NCBI GenBank assembly: GCA_036785375.1
Contig: JAWMAR010000473.1
Coordinates: 682,001 to 746,000, forward strand
From: Leucoraja ocellata
Lineage: Eukaryota
DNA: 64,000 nucleotides
Reading direction: 5' to 3'
How positions within the stretch are numbered: position 1 is the first letter of the stretch; each line of letters begins with the position of its first letter. A program made the position numbers and the translations under genes. The notes beneath the pieces are model-generated. The model was given only the letters and a program-made list of their open reading frames with translations. It did not search any database and was not told the DNA's origin. This document shows, piece after piece, positions 1-11,350 of this stretch.

Positions 1-694
1 AATGGAAATGCAGGTAGGAAAGGCAAGATAAATTAAGAGGCTGGAACAATAGCTGCAGAATGGGGTAGAAAATACATTGTGGTCGATCATACTGTGCAGA
101 TTGTGCTGCAAAGCTGAGGGATAAATGGTTGCAAGGAATATCGTGCTTGGGAGCAAGAATAAAGCTGGACAATTTTGTTGATCTTGGGATGTTTTTGAAA
201 GTAAATGAGGATGACGGGTGATGTAAGTGTGAGAAGCTTTGAGTTGTGGGAACTTGAATTATGGTCAAGACATAATAGAAATGGAATTTATTACGGTGGG
301 GGTGGAACCTCAGTGACAGGGATTTGGACAAATTGAGTAATTTGGAGGTCTTTTAGAAGATTGGGAGCTGGCGAAAGTGGAAAGTTATGAGTTTCCTGAC
401 GATATGGAGGAAGTCCAAAGGCAGAGCAGAAATGGAATTTGCTAATGCTGAGATGCCTGAAGGGAAATGAAAACACATTGCAGGTTGATAATATTAAAGC
501 TTAAAAATTTAGCGCCTGTCGCAAACACTCAGCACGCGAGATAAATTGCTTCTGACAATCAATTAATATCAAAGCCAAATATGCCACCACATTGTGTGTG
601 TGAAGTAAATTTGCGTCAACAGCAAATTTACTTCATGGAGAATAGAAGCTGCTAACAAATACATTGAGGAGCATCGTAAATTTGTTGTCAGTTT

Positions 695-852
695 AGATTC
701 AAAGAGTCATACAGCATAAAAACAGGCCCTTCAGCCCAACGCATCTGTGCTGACCATGATACCCATCTAAGATAGTTCAACTTGACCGATATCCCTCTAA
801 ACCTTTCCTATACATGTACCTGTCCAAAAGCTTTTTAAATGTTGTTATAGTT
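695..852 (-). mobile_element. CR1/HER1-type LINE 3' end fragment
   Basis: 'aaacaggcccttcagcccaac...ccctctaaacctttcctatacatgtacctgtcc' is the reverse complement of the CR1 3' tail seen repeatedly in this window (e.g. 9290-9420 on +). Confidence 0.7.
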
Positions 853-2999
853 CTCATCATAATTAAGACAAGATAAGGATATTATGATTTTTGACACTGC
901 CAGTCTGTGTGGAGGACATTGTGTTACCAGCTTGTATCAATACCAATTCTGTTCTACATTCAAGAGTTTGTAAGAGTGACAGAAGGTGGCAGCAAAAAGC
1001 TAAGTAGAAATCTTTCTGAAATGATTATTAGAGTAGGTGGTTCTGAAACGTGACAACGTTATTTATATTGTAAGCAGTTTAAGAATAGTATGTTCGATTT
1101 ACGTAACCAATTCCTTGGTGGTTATGTCTAACTCCTTTTAATCGCTTTTTTTGGTTTTGACTCTTAACAATCTTTTCTGGAATGTTCCATGTTTATTTGT
1201 CCATTCAGGATGATTTATTTGCATAGTTTTGGTGTAAAGACCGGGAACATGAAATTTGGCCCTTACGCTTCTTGTACCAAAGATTGGATCCCTTCCCTGA
1301 ACATCTAATTCCAAATATAGTCTGTACTTCTGTCACTACACTGGTTTTCAGAGTTTTTTTTAACTGATGTCTAAGATTTTAGGAATTCATAATCATAGAT
1401 AAAGAAATAGTGTAATCATAGATAAAGAAATATACTTGAATAAGGACTAGTTCCCAGGGCAACCATACCAACAAAATAAGATTTATGTATTCACCATTTT
1501 TAAACCGCAGCTTGTTCAAAGATAATCATGTTATCTGGTACATAATTGGCATACCAATTAAGGGTACAATCCAATGTTTAAGCAAGGATGTTTTGTATGT
1601 GGTGTTTATGACAAAGTGAAGGCTATCCAAACAAAAATCATAACACTGGGACTTCTGCACAACAAAAAGTGATTAATGTAGTTGTCCCCTAGCATGAAAT
1701 GTAGAAGATGACGAGTGCATTTACAACATTTACATCTTCTCTGATGTTGAAGAGAATTGGGCTATCAGAGGTGGAATTTCACAGACCCCATGCCATGAAT
1801 GCCCCCAAGCAGTTGAAAGCAATGGAATCAGGTCTACAGTGCAGAGCATATTGCGATGGTGTTACTGTGAGGAAAAAATAAGCAGATAAAATGGATGCAG
1901 GGTAGTCGGTATTTATTAAAACCATGCCCCAAGGGAACCCTTTTCTTTTACCCATGGTTCCCTGCTGTTTTCAGCTTGTTTCAATTATAATGGTTGTAGG
2001 CTGTGACCCACCCCCTCCCCCCTCCCCTTTCAAATGAATGCCCACCTATTAATGATGAATTATAATTGGGGAAAAGTACTTGAACCAGGCCCCAGAGTGC
2101 CTGGTCTAAATTTACTGACGAGTGGGGCAATCGGTGCAGGTGTAGGCCATTTGGCCTTTCGAGCCAGCATCGCCATTCAATTTGATCATGGCTGATCATC
2201 CACAATCAGTACCGTTCCTGCCTTCTCGCCATATCCCTTGATTCCACTAGCCCAAAGAGCTCTATCTAACACTCGTTTGAATGCCTCCAGTGAATCGGCC
2301 TCCACTGCCTTCTGTGGCAGAGCATTCCACAAATTCACAACTCAGTGTGAAAACGTTTTTCCTCATCTCAGTTGTAAATGGCCTACCCCTTATTCTTAAA
2401 CTGTGGCCCCTGTACCATTGCAGAAGGACCTTCTTGCTCCTATACTCAACTCCCCTCGTTATTAATGCCAACATGCCATTAACTTTCTTCATGTGTCTGC
2501 ATGCTTACTTTAATTGAATGATGTTCAAGGATACCCACGTCTCGTTGTACTTCTCCTTTTCCTAACCTGATGCCATTCAGATAATCTGCTTCATGTTCTT
2601 GCCACCAAAGTGGATAACCTCACATTTATCCACATTATACTGCATCTGCCCACTCACCCAACCTGTCCAAGTCACCCTGCATCCTCTTCACAGTTCACAC
2701 TGCCACCCTGCTTTGTGTCATCTGCAAATTTGCTAATGTTACTTTTAATTATTATTATTCCCAGAAATACCTGCCATTACTGTTCCACCGACATCCCTGC
2801 TAGGGTCCCTTTCCAGTCAACTTTGGCCAGCTCCTCCCTCATGCCTCCATAGTCCCCTTTGTTCAACTGCAATACTGACACTTCCGATTTTACCTTCTCC
2901 CTCTCAAATTGCAGATTTATCATATGATCACGACCTCCTAATGGTTAATTTACCTTGAGTTCCCCTTATCAAATCCGGTTCATTAAGCAACACTAAATC

Positions 3000-3533
3000 T
3001 CAAACTGCCTTCTTCCTGGTAGACTCCAGTACATGCTGCTCTAAGAACCCATCTCGGATGCACTCTACAAACTGCCTTTCTTGGGGTCCAGTACCAACCT
3101 GATTTTCCCAGTCTACCTGCATGTTGAAATCTCCCATAACCACCATAACATTACCTTTGTTACATGCCAATTTTAATTCCTGATGCAACTTGCACCCTAT
3201 CTCCAGGCTACTGTTTGGGGGCCTGTAGATAACTCCTATTAGGGTCTTTTTACCCTTGCAGTTGCTCAGTTCTATCAACAATGACTCTACATCTACTGAT
3301 TCTATGTCACCCCTCGCAAGGGACTGAATTTCATTCCTTACAAACAGCCACCCCAACCCCTCTGCCCACCTGTCTGTCTTTTCGATAGGATGTATATCCC
3401 TGAATATTCAATTCCAAGTTCTGATCCTCTTGCAGCCATATCTCTGTAATTCCCATAACATCATACTTACCAAATTCTACCTGAGCTTCAAGCTCATCCA
3501 CTTTATTTCTTATACTTTGCGCAATGATATATA
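3000..3533 (-). pseudogene. CR1 ORF2 apurinic-like endonuclease domain (frameshifted)
   Basis: Motifs AQSIRNKVDELE, YDVMGITEIWL, GYTSYRKDR, IGVIYRPPNS and VVMGDFN spread across two frames of the ORF track (3331..3786 and 3000..3356). Confidence 0.9.
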
Positions 3534-3604
3534 CAGGGCTGCCAACATTCGGTGAGAGTTGGGAGTGAGAAATTGCGAGAGACCAAGCCCAAGGGAGCAT
3601 AGCG

Positions 3605-3641
<37 letters not shown>

Positions 3642-3812
3642 GGGAGGGGGGGGGAGGGAGGGGGGGGGGGGGGGGGGGGGGGGGGAGGGGGGGGGGGGGA
3701 GGAGGGGGGTGTCCCTCTCCCAATACGGAACATTTGCATTTTTCAGTTTGAAATTGTGTAATATGGTGCATACTGTAGCGAGTCATTTAACTTACACTTG
3801 AATGCAATATAC
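3534..3812. mobile_element. Single end of a hAT-like non-autonomous DNA transposon containing a ~100-bp G-run
   Basis: Begins CAGGGCTGCCAAC exactly where CR1 ORF2 homology stops; CAGGG(C/T)TGCCA termini are typical of vertebrate hAT elements. No matching second TIR is visible. G-run at 3608-3709. Confidence 0.5.
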
Positions 3813-4552
3813 ATTTTTTTTTAATTCAATTTATTGTCATTGCACTTTTCAGTGCAACGAAATGGTTTAGCCTGCAGTCATAACATAGAATAAATAACAA
3901 ACACTCAACACAGTTTAAGTCCCAAAGTCATTGTCTCTTCCCTCCTTGCTCTCCCTCTGCGCTGAGGCAATCCAAGCCTCCGATGTTGTGACCCCGCCGG
4001 GTGATGGCAGGTAAGTCCCGCGGCTGAATCCGTGCTCCGCAAACGGGCTGGTTCAAACTCCGCGGCCCGGGGCAGTCGAAGCTGCCGAAGCTGCTGCCCT
4101 CCAGTCCAGCGGACGCAGCTGTAGTTGCGGGAGCTCCAGAAAACAGAACTTGAGCTCCCGATGATGTCGTCCACTGGCCCGCGGCCGAGCCTCCGAGGCT
4201 CCAAAGTTGGGTCGGAAGTTGGGTCGCAGCGCAACCACAGCCCCGAAGTCGGCCAGCCTCGCGCTGGTAAATCCTGGCTCTGCCTCCGCAGCCTCGAGGT
4301 CGGTCGCAGTTGGAGGCCGCCAGCTCCGCGATAGGCCTCAGCACAGATGGACACGGAGACGGGGGATACGGCAAGAAAGGTTGCATCCCCCCCCGAAGGA
4401 AGAGTCAAGAAACATGTTACACCCACCCCCCACACATACACAACTAAATTAACCAAAATAAACTGTAAAAACGGGACAAGAGAAAACAAAAAACAGAAAA
4501 GACAAACAGACTGCAGGGGAGCCGCATCTGCAAGGCAGCACCGCCACTTCCC
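3813..4552 (-). mobile_element. GC-rich non-autonomous retroelement with a Rex1/Babar-like 3' tail
   Basis: On - strand it starts GGGAAGTGGCGGTGCTGCC and ends with hairpin TTGCACT-GAAA-AGTGCAA, then TGACAATAAATTGAATT and an A-run. The TGACAATAA tail also ends the Rex/Babar copies at 10570 and 17845. Confidence 0.6.
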
Positions 4553-4639
4553 TTTTAACTCCATCCTTACTACATTCTTCCCCTTTAACTCCATCCTTAT
4601 ACTCCCAATTTGTCAACACCTCACCCCCGCTATTTAATT

Positions 4640-5652
4640 TAAACTCACCCATGTAGCATTAACAAACCTGCCTGCCAGAATGTTGGTCTCCCTCCAGTTA
4701 TGGTGTAACCCGTCTCTTTTGTACAGGTCACCCCTACCCCAGAAGAGATCCCAGTAGTCTATAAATCTAAGGTACACAAAAATGCTGGAGAAACTCAGCG
4801 GGTGCAGCAGCATCTATGGAGCGAAGGAAATAAGCAACGTTTCAGGCCGAAACCCTTCTTCTATAAATCTACATCCCTGCTCCCTGCACCAGCCCCTCAG
4901 CCACACATTCAGATCCCCTATCTCCCTGTTCCTGCCCTCACCAGCTCGAGATATTGGAAGCAATTCAGAGATAACCACCCTAGAATTCCTGCTTTTCAGC
5001 CTTCTCCCTAATTCTCTAAACTCACATTGCAGAACCTCCTTCCTCTTCTTCCCAATGTCATTTGTGCCTATATGCAAAACCACTTTCTGCTGCTCACCTT
5101 CCCTCTCGAGGATGTTCTGAAGTCGGTCTGAAACATTTTGGACCCTGGCACTGGGGAGGCAACACACCATCCTCGAGTCTCGCTTGCTGCCACAGAATCT
5201 CCTGTCCACACCTCAGACAATGAAGTCACCCTCCACTATGGTGCTGCCCAACGTCAGTCTCGCCGGTTGAGTCTCATCGCTCGGATTGGAGCCTTCGATC
5301 CGTCCGCCGCTCGGACTGGAAGTGTCGTCTGCCCCGACAGCTCCCAAGAGGGCATACCTTTTTGCAAGAGGAACTTCCACCGAGGTCTCCTGCACCAACT
5401 TCATCCTCTTTCTTTCCGTTCCTACCCGTCGCAACTCCTGCACTCTTGGAGTGATGATCTGACTGTCGGTCATGTCCAGGAAGCTTGTGTCCTCCCAGAT
5501 GCACCACAGGTCATCCAGCTGTTGCTCCAGTTCTCTAACTCGGTCATTGAGGAGCTGCACCTGGACACAGTTCCCACAGTTGTAGTGATCAGTGACACCA
5601 GCAGTGCCCCTGACTTACCACATCCTACGCACTGCACTAGCGTCCCTGCCAT
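4640..5652 (-). pseudogene. CR1 ORF1 (zinc finger / leucine zipper / SGNH esterase), disrupted
   Basis: MAGTLVQCVGC; QLLNDRVRELEQQLDDL; IVEGDFIV; MVCCLPSARVQNV...VVLHIGTNDIG...VVISELLP...LNVWLRGWCREQG. These match the GDSL/SGNH blocks of vertebrate CR1 ORF1. Confidence 0.88.
4770..4859 (-). mobile_element. Penelope-like element terminal fragment (90 bp) with 12-bp TSD
   Basis: Highly similar to the terminus at 53096-53190; flanked by TCTATAAATCTA at 4758-4769 and 4860-4871. Confidence 0.88.
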
Positions 5653-5999
5653 TACACTTAAATATTTAAATTAAACACACAACAGAATAAGTGCAGGCTC
5701 CTTGCCTCATCCTCCTCATCGAAGAGTCTCGAGCCAAAGACTCACACTTTACTCATCTCAACAAGGCCGCTCCTCCTAGAGCAAACCCTACTTTTATTTG
5801 CTGTTCAATTAACTAATTTTACTAATTAGCTAATTTACAAATTTGGTTCCCTGCTCTTGAAAAACTCACAAAGGCTTTAACTTCTGCAGCCAATCCCCGC
5901 ACTCGCTCCTTCACCTGCCGCCGCTCTGCCGACCTTGAAGGTATGGGTGGAAACATCATCAAACGTCCGTAAAATTATTCATTTCTGCACGAGTTACCC

Positions 6000-7500
6000 A
6001 AATACATGTGCAAGTGGATCCAATATCTGAGCACATAGTTCTTAATACATGAAGTCCAACAACTGAATATACCAATGCCAATGTGGTTATGCCTGTGAAG
6101 ATCAGTGACTATAATGGATTAACAAGTGGCAAAAGTAAAAATAGGGAAACATGAAGGCAGCAGTCACTATAATATAATACTTCAAGATAATGGGGAGAAT
6201 GCAGTTGAAAGTTGATTAGCCATGATCTGATGGTGGAGTAGACTTGATGGGTAGAATGGCCTAATTCTGCTCCTCTGTCTTATGGTCTAAAATAGTGGTT
6301 TGGACTAGTAGATTGTTAAAAATTTGATGGGGGCACGGATAAAACTTGGGCAAATAAAGTAGTAAGCAATTTCAACAATGCTGTGGAATAGCAATTTGGT
6401 ATTATTCCAAACAATGTTCAACAGAATCCAAGAAAAACACATTCCTGTTCTTAAAATAAAAAAAATACTAATGAAACACCATTAACATTAAAACGAAAGT
6501 TGAAGAGATAGAACATGATGTACGTTAAGTACTGGGCTTGCAGGAGAGAGTGAGAGAAATGAGAAAACAAATTAGGAGACATTTTAAAAAAGAGAGGCAA
6601 GGAAACATTAAATTGAATTATCAAGGGGCATGAAACAAAAGAAAATGATTTTATATGAACGATTTTGTAAAAGTAAGTTGGAAAGGGCAGGATAGTGAAA
6701 TGATAGAAACATTATGTATTGTTTGTTTCTATAGCAAATATATTTGGACACAACTGAAGATTATTTAAGGAGATCACCTTTAGTCTTTAAGGGAATAAAA
6801 ACAATTAATAAACTTATCAAAAGCAAAGAGGGTGGTCCTTATATAATAACTTAAAGGTTTCTGTGGAAGAAAACACAACTTTCACATTGGAGAAAAATCT
6901 ATGGTGGTGTACGTCTGGTAGATAGCGATACCAATATTTAAGAAGAGAAATAAATATGTTTAGGCCACTATTGATCATTTTACTAGTTAGCCATGGTAAG
7001 AAAATTAATGGAATTTAAAAAACAGCCAGAAAGCAAAATGTTATTTTTGAAATCTAGACAAACCACACAACATTAAGTTTGGCCAAACTATTTTGAAACC
7101 TTTAAAATTATAACAGAAAAGGTTGATATGGATATATATAATATATCTATCAAAGGCTTTTTGGAAATGTAAAATACCATATAATAATTTGATGAATAAT
7201 TATACCATGGGACAAGGAGCATGGTGGATATAGTTTGATAACTGGTGTAGAAAATAGAGGTGTTACAAAAACTGTTGGGAGTGGTCGGTAGAAATAGCTG
7301 CCCCAAGTGGAGTCATTCACAATTTTTATTAATGATTTGAACTCAAAAACAAAAGCAGAGTTTAAATTTTCAAATTGCAATGAGGGGGATATTCAGTAAT
7401 GGAACCTCCAGTCAATTACCAGTGCACCCTAATAATCATCCACAATATGTAATAATTGGTAAATGAATTTTAAAATAGATGTGATTTTATTTCCTGAACA
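6000..7500 (+). mobile_element. Old, highly degenerate CR1-type ORF2 remnants, with a younger CR1 3' piece at ~6205-6290
   Basis: Residual motifs such as 'aaaggtttctgtggaaga', 'ttatcaatgatttgaac'-like sequence and 'atggcctaattctgctcctctgtcttatggtc'. Confidence 0.45.
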
Positions 7501-7659
7501 CAATCTAAATTTTAAAATACAACATAATAATTGTAGCCAAATCTGCAACCAATGTGTTGTTTAGTTTTGGAATAATGTTTTTACGCTGGTGGTTTTGACC
7601 TTACTCGTAAAATCCCAGATGGTATTGTCTTTGGTTGTGGCTTGCATTCACAGACGAGA

Positions 7660-8035
7660 AGGAACGAGCATCCAACAGCATCTTTCACATTGCCAGAGCA
7701 ACTCAAAGTGGTTTACAAATCATGACTTATTTTTAAACCATACTCAGTCATGTAGACAAATGTGACATGTAATTCACACAAACAGGACTGAGATTGATAC
7801 TTTCAGTGCAGAAATAAACATGATCTTGGAATCCAGAAGAAATTCTGTTTTTCTTCAGAGTACCAAAGTATCTGTCAAAGCAAGCAGATCAAGCCGGACA
7901 TTTATACTCCTTCCAATCAGGCATAAGTTTGACATTTCATTTAAAAAAATAGCATATCGTCAGAACCACACTAAAGGGTTAATCCATATTATGTTCTGAA
8001 ACCCCATAATGAGACTCCAACACAGGACCTTTGGA
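7660..8035 (-). mobile_element. Degenerate DeuSINE (SacSINE1/AmnSINE1-like) remnant
   Basis: Block order 'cagcatctttcacattgcc...caaagtggtttaca...gtttgacatttcatttaaaa...atattatgttctgaaacccc...ggacctttggatt' follows the recalled reverse-complement Deu-domain SINE consensus. Confidence 0.45.
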
Positions 8036-8199
8036 TTTAAATAATATTTAAAGTGGTGTGGAAATAAATTGCAATCCAGGTTAGAAATTCACCAAGTGCT
8101 TTGGTTTCCTTCCACATTCTAAAGACCTGCTGGTAAGTTAATTAACTCCTGGCAATTGCTTCTTCATATAGGTTGAAGGAATCAAAGGGAGTGATGGTA

Positions 8200-9420
8200 T
8201 TGTGTGTGGGAGATCATGTCTCACCACTTTATTTGAGTTTTTTGAAGTAACAAAGAATGGTGAGGGCAGGGTCACAGATGTAGTCTATATGAACATTAGG
8301 AAGGCCTTTAATAAGATTCCACATGGTAGGCTGCTCTGGAAGGTTAGATCTCATGGGATCCAGAATAGTCTTCATGGTAGGAAGCAAGGGGTGGGAGTGG
8401 AAGGTTGTTTTTCAGACTGGAGATCAGTGTTGAGGTGCCTCAGGGATCATTTCTGGACCAATTGTTGTTTGTTATTTATACCAACAATTTGGATGAGAAT
8501 GTACAAGGCATAACGAGTAAATTTGCAGATAATTCTAACATAGATTAAATAATAGACAATGAAGATGGTTATGAAGAATTACAGCAGAATCTTGATCAGC
8601 AGGGCAAGTGGGCCAAGTAATGGCCTTTGCAGGACTTTTGCCATGAACAGTAGAGCCCTGGGAATTGTTGTAGAATAGAGGGATTAAGGGGTAATAGTAC
8701 ATAGTTTCTTGAAAGTGGCATTGCAGGGTGATGGGATGGTCTTCAGCAGTCAGTGAACCAAGTATAGAAATTGAGGGAAAAAAACACATTTCTGGAGTAA
8801 CAGCAGGTCAGGCAGCATTTGGAGGGAGTGGATATGTGACTGATTATAGTAAAGGAAAGAAACCTGTAAAAGGTGGGGATGAGAATGTCTTGTAAATGCT
8901 AAGTAGGTATAAGTGTGGGGGGATGGGGGGGGGGGGTTGATTGGCAGATGGGAAACATGCCATTGTGCCAGAAAGACTATAGAGAAGTTTACAAGGATGT
9001 TGCCAGGACTTGAAGGTCTGAGCTACAGGAAGAGGTTGAGCTGTCAAGGACTTTATTCCTTGGAGTGCAGGAAGCTGAGGGCTGATCTTATTGGGTCATA
9101 TTAAAACAGAGGGGGTTTTTTTTCCCAGGTTTTGGAATCAATTACTAGAGGACATAGGTATAAGCTGAGAGGGAAAAGATTTAACAGTGCCGAGGGGCAA
9201 CTTTTTCCACAGAGGGTGGTAGGGATATGGAACAGGCTGCCAGAGGAAGTGGTTGAGGCAGGCGCAATAACAACATCTGAAAGACATTTGAATTAGTACA
9301 TGGACAGGAAAGGTTTGGAGAGACATGAGCCAAAAGTGAGAACATTTGACTAATTTAGATTGGACATTTTGGTCGGCATGGATGAGTTGGGGCAAAGGGT
9401 CTGATTCCAAGCTATGTGAC
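8200..9420 (+). mobile_element. 5'-truncated CR1 LINE (RT to 3' tail), interrupted by a Penelope-terminus piece at ~8780-8955
   Basis: GRSCLTTLFEFFEVTK...DVVYMNIRKAFNKIPHGRLLWKVRSHGI; FTRMLPGLEGLSYRKRL; CR1 tail ending 'ggtctgattccaagctatgtgac'. Confidence 0.85.
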
Positions 9421-9548
9421 AACGACTCTAGATGTAAGAGAGGTTGCATAGGAGTAGTGAGAAAAAGAGGGTGGGAAATGGGACTAATGGGATTGCTCTG
9501 TCTGTCTGTCTGTCTCACACACGCACACACTCTGCCTCTGCATTGTTA

Positions 9549-9940
9549 CGGGCCTGTCTCACTTAGGCAACGTTTTAGGCGACTACAGGCGATTAGGCTG
9601 TCGCCACATAGTTGCCGGGGTATCGCCTGTATGGTCGTGAGTAGTCTCCTCAGTCTCCCAAAGAATCGTAGCGTCTTTCTGGTCACCGCTGGATTTTCAA
9701 CATGTTGAAAAATGTTTGGAGACAGTTGACGACAGTGAGTTTGACGCCAATGACATAGGTACAGTCGTGGTTGTCACCAGGTTAACGTAGGTTGTCACCA
9801 GAGCTGACCGAGTTTTTTTTGTTGTTACGGTAATGATTCTATTTCAAATTTTATGTCGAAAAGGGGTTCAGTCACTGTTTTTTCGGCGACATGCTATTAC
9901 TATGACAGCCGCCTAAAATAGCCTAAGTGGGACAGGCCAA
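9549..9940. mobile_element. PIF/Harbinger-type MITE
   Basis: TIRs GGCCTGTCTCACTTAGGC and GCCTAAGTGGGACAGGCC (1 mismatch); TTA at 9546-9548 and 9941-9943 (TWA TSD); same TIR as 34288-35190. Confidence 0.85.
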
Positions 9941-10569
9941 TTACAAATTAAATAAACTAAAAGGCAAGGGCAAACATTTATTCCAGTATTTATGAGAAGG
10001 CAGAAATTATTTTCAATCTGAAAATTCTTTCTTGAAGGGTGAGAGATTAAAACTACTGGTTTCCATGCAAGCAACATACACAATAATCACTTTAGCCTTA
10101 ATTGCTTGACATTGCTCAAGCGCTGAGTAAAGTGATAAGGCTGACAACTGTTGCTTCCCGTTTAAAATCTATTTTCCGACTCAAGAATGATATTTCAAAG
10201 ACAGGCTGTACACAGGACATTTTAGAGCTATTAGTTATCTCTTCATCTAAATTTCTAAAACCATAGGGATCCCATTTCAAAACAAAGAGCTACCTTATTT
10301 ACGTGGATTATTTCAGAAATCTCTCAAAACATTCCACATAGATTATTCTTATATTAACAAGGTACAATGCAGAATGTCAGCTTTTTTTGGCCATTTTTGT
10401 GCAAATGTATAGTGGAGGGTTTTGGATGTTTTCTTCTTTAAGAGAAACCAATTGAAAAAAAAATGTCATTCTATCTATTTTGTTACGATTGAGGCTTCAC
10501 CTTATACTTCTGCTCAAAATAAACTTCATATCTGAAAGGCAAACCAGTACTTGCCCTGTAATGAAGTGT

Positions 10570-10730
10570 AGTTTAGTTTAGTTTATTATTGTCATGTGTA
10601 CCGAAGTACAGTGAAAAGCTCAGTTTGCTTGTTATCCAGTCAAAGAAAAGACTATACATGAATACAATGAAGCTGTCCACATTGCAAAGGATAATGGGCA
10701 CACCATTGAATACAAGATATAACATTGAAC
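10570..10730 (-). mobile_element. Rex1/Babar-type LINE 3' tail
   Basis: (GTTTA)n followed by 'ttattgtcatgtgtaccgaagtacagtgaaaagc'; homologous to the tail at 17845-17990. Confidence 0.7.
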
Positions 10731-10899
10731 AATGTTTAAAATTAAGGGGATAATGGTTCAATGGCCTCAGGAGCACATACAAGATTGCTACTACATACCC
10801 CTCAAATGATTATTCATCACTCTTCCACACAGATAAACCCGTCATACAGTTCAGTCACAGACTGATATTTACAAAAGTTAGCAGTGACAGCAATTTGTT

Positions 10900-11350
10900 G
10901 AAATCATTGCAACTGATGTAGCATGATATCAAAGTCTCGGTAAGTCCTTTCCATGCTTCTTCCAAGATGATATTAGGACAGAGATTTCAGTTATGTTGGG
11001 AGACAAGAATAGTTCATATTGTTCTCAGTATAGTTGAATTTAAGGGGAAATTTATGAGACTTAAAGCATTAAAATTTTGGTTTAAGAGAATGCATCTGGT
11101 TAAAAAGATAATTGACATTGATATTGACATAAGATAATTAGAAAAATATTTAGAAGAATTTACTTTTTTTCCCTCATGTAGTGAGTTACCAAATGGAATT
11201 GGTTAGATGAAAAGTAACGTTCTAAAGGGAATTTTATATATACTTAAAAACACATTTGCAGTGCTTAGGGAAAAGAACAGTATAGGATGAGTTCAATAAC
11301 TCTTTCCAAATGTGGACACAGGAATGACAGGAAGGGCCAAAAGACCTTGT
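10900..11350 (+). mobile_element. Old CR1 3' region remnant
   Basis: Degenerate 'ttgttctcagtatag...aaggggaaatttat...aagggccaaaagaccttgttc' follows the CR1 3' layout. Confidence 0.4.

Larger units (their letters stand above)
2131..5931 (-). mobile_element. CR1-clade LINE retaining both ends, internally deleted and interrupted by three nested insertions
   Basis: On - strand, in order: 5'UTR (~5931-5653); ORF1 with Cys-rich N-terminus, coiled coil and SGNH esterase; ORF2 APE endonuclease; RT fragment SNISKFADDTK (~2710-2740); C-terminal piece ALITRGVEYRSK; CR1 3' tail at 2131-2280. Confidence 0.9.

Noticed and set aside
1-480. Purine-rich stretch with a 61-aa ORF
   Set aside because: Looks like a decayed repeat, but I cannot assign a family or protein motif.
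3503-3801. Poly-Pro and poly-Gly ORFs (formin/WASP-like appearance)
   Set aside because: They are translations of the G-run at 3608-3709; no domain context.
3905-4594. 229-aa ORF and overlapping ORFs
   Set aside because: GC-rich repeat with several frames open on both strands; no recognisable domain; the ORF crosses the element boundary.
4551-4600. Repeat 'cctttaactccatcctta' as a TSD of the nested element
   Set aside because: Both copies lie on the same side of the insertion; this is a local duplication in the CR1 spacer.
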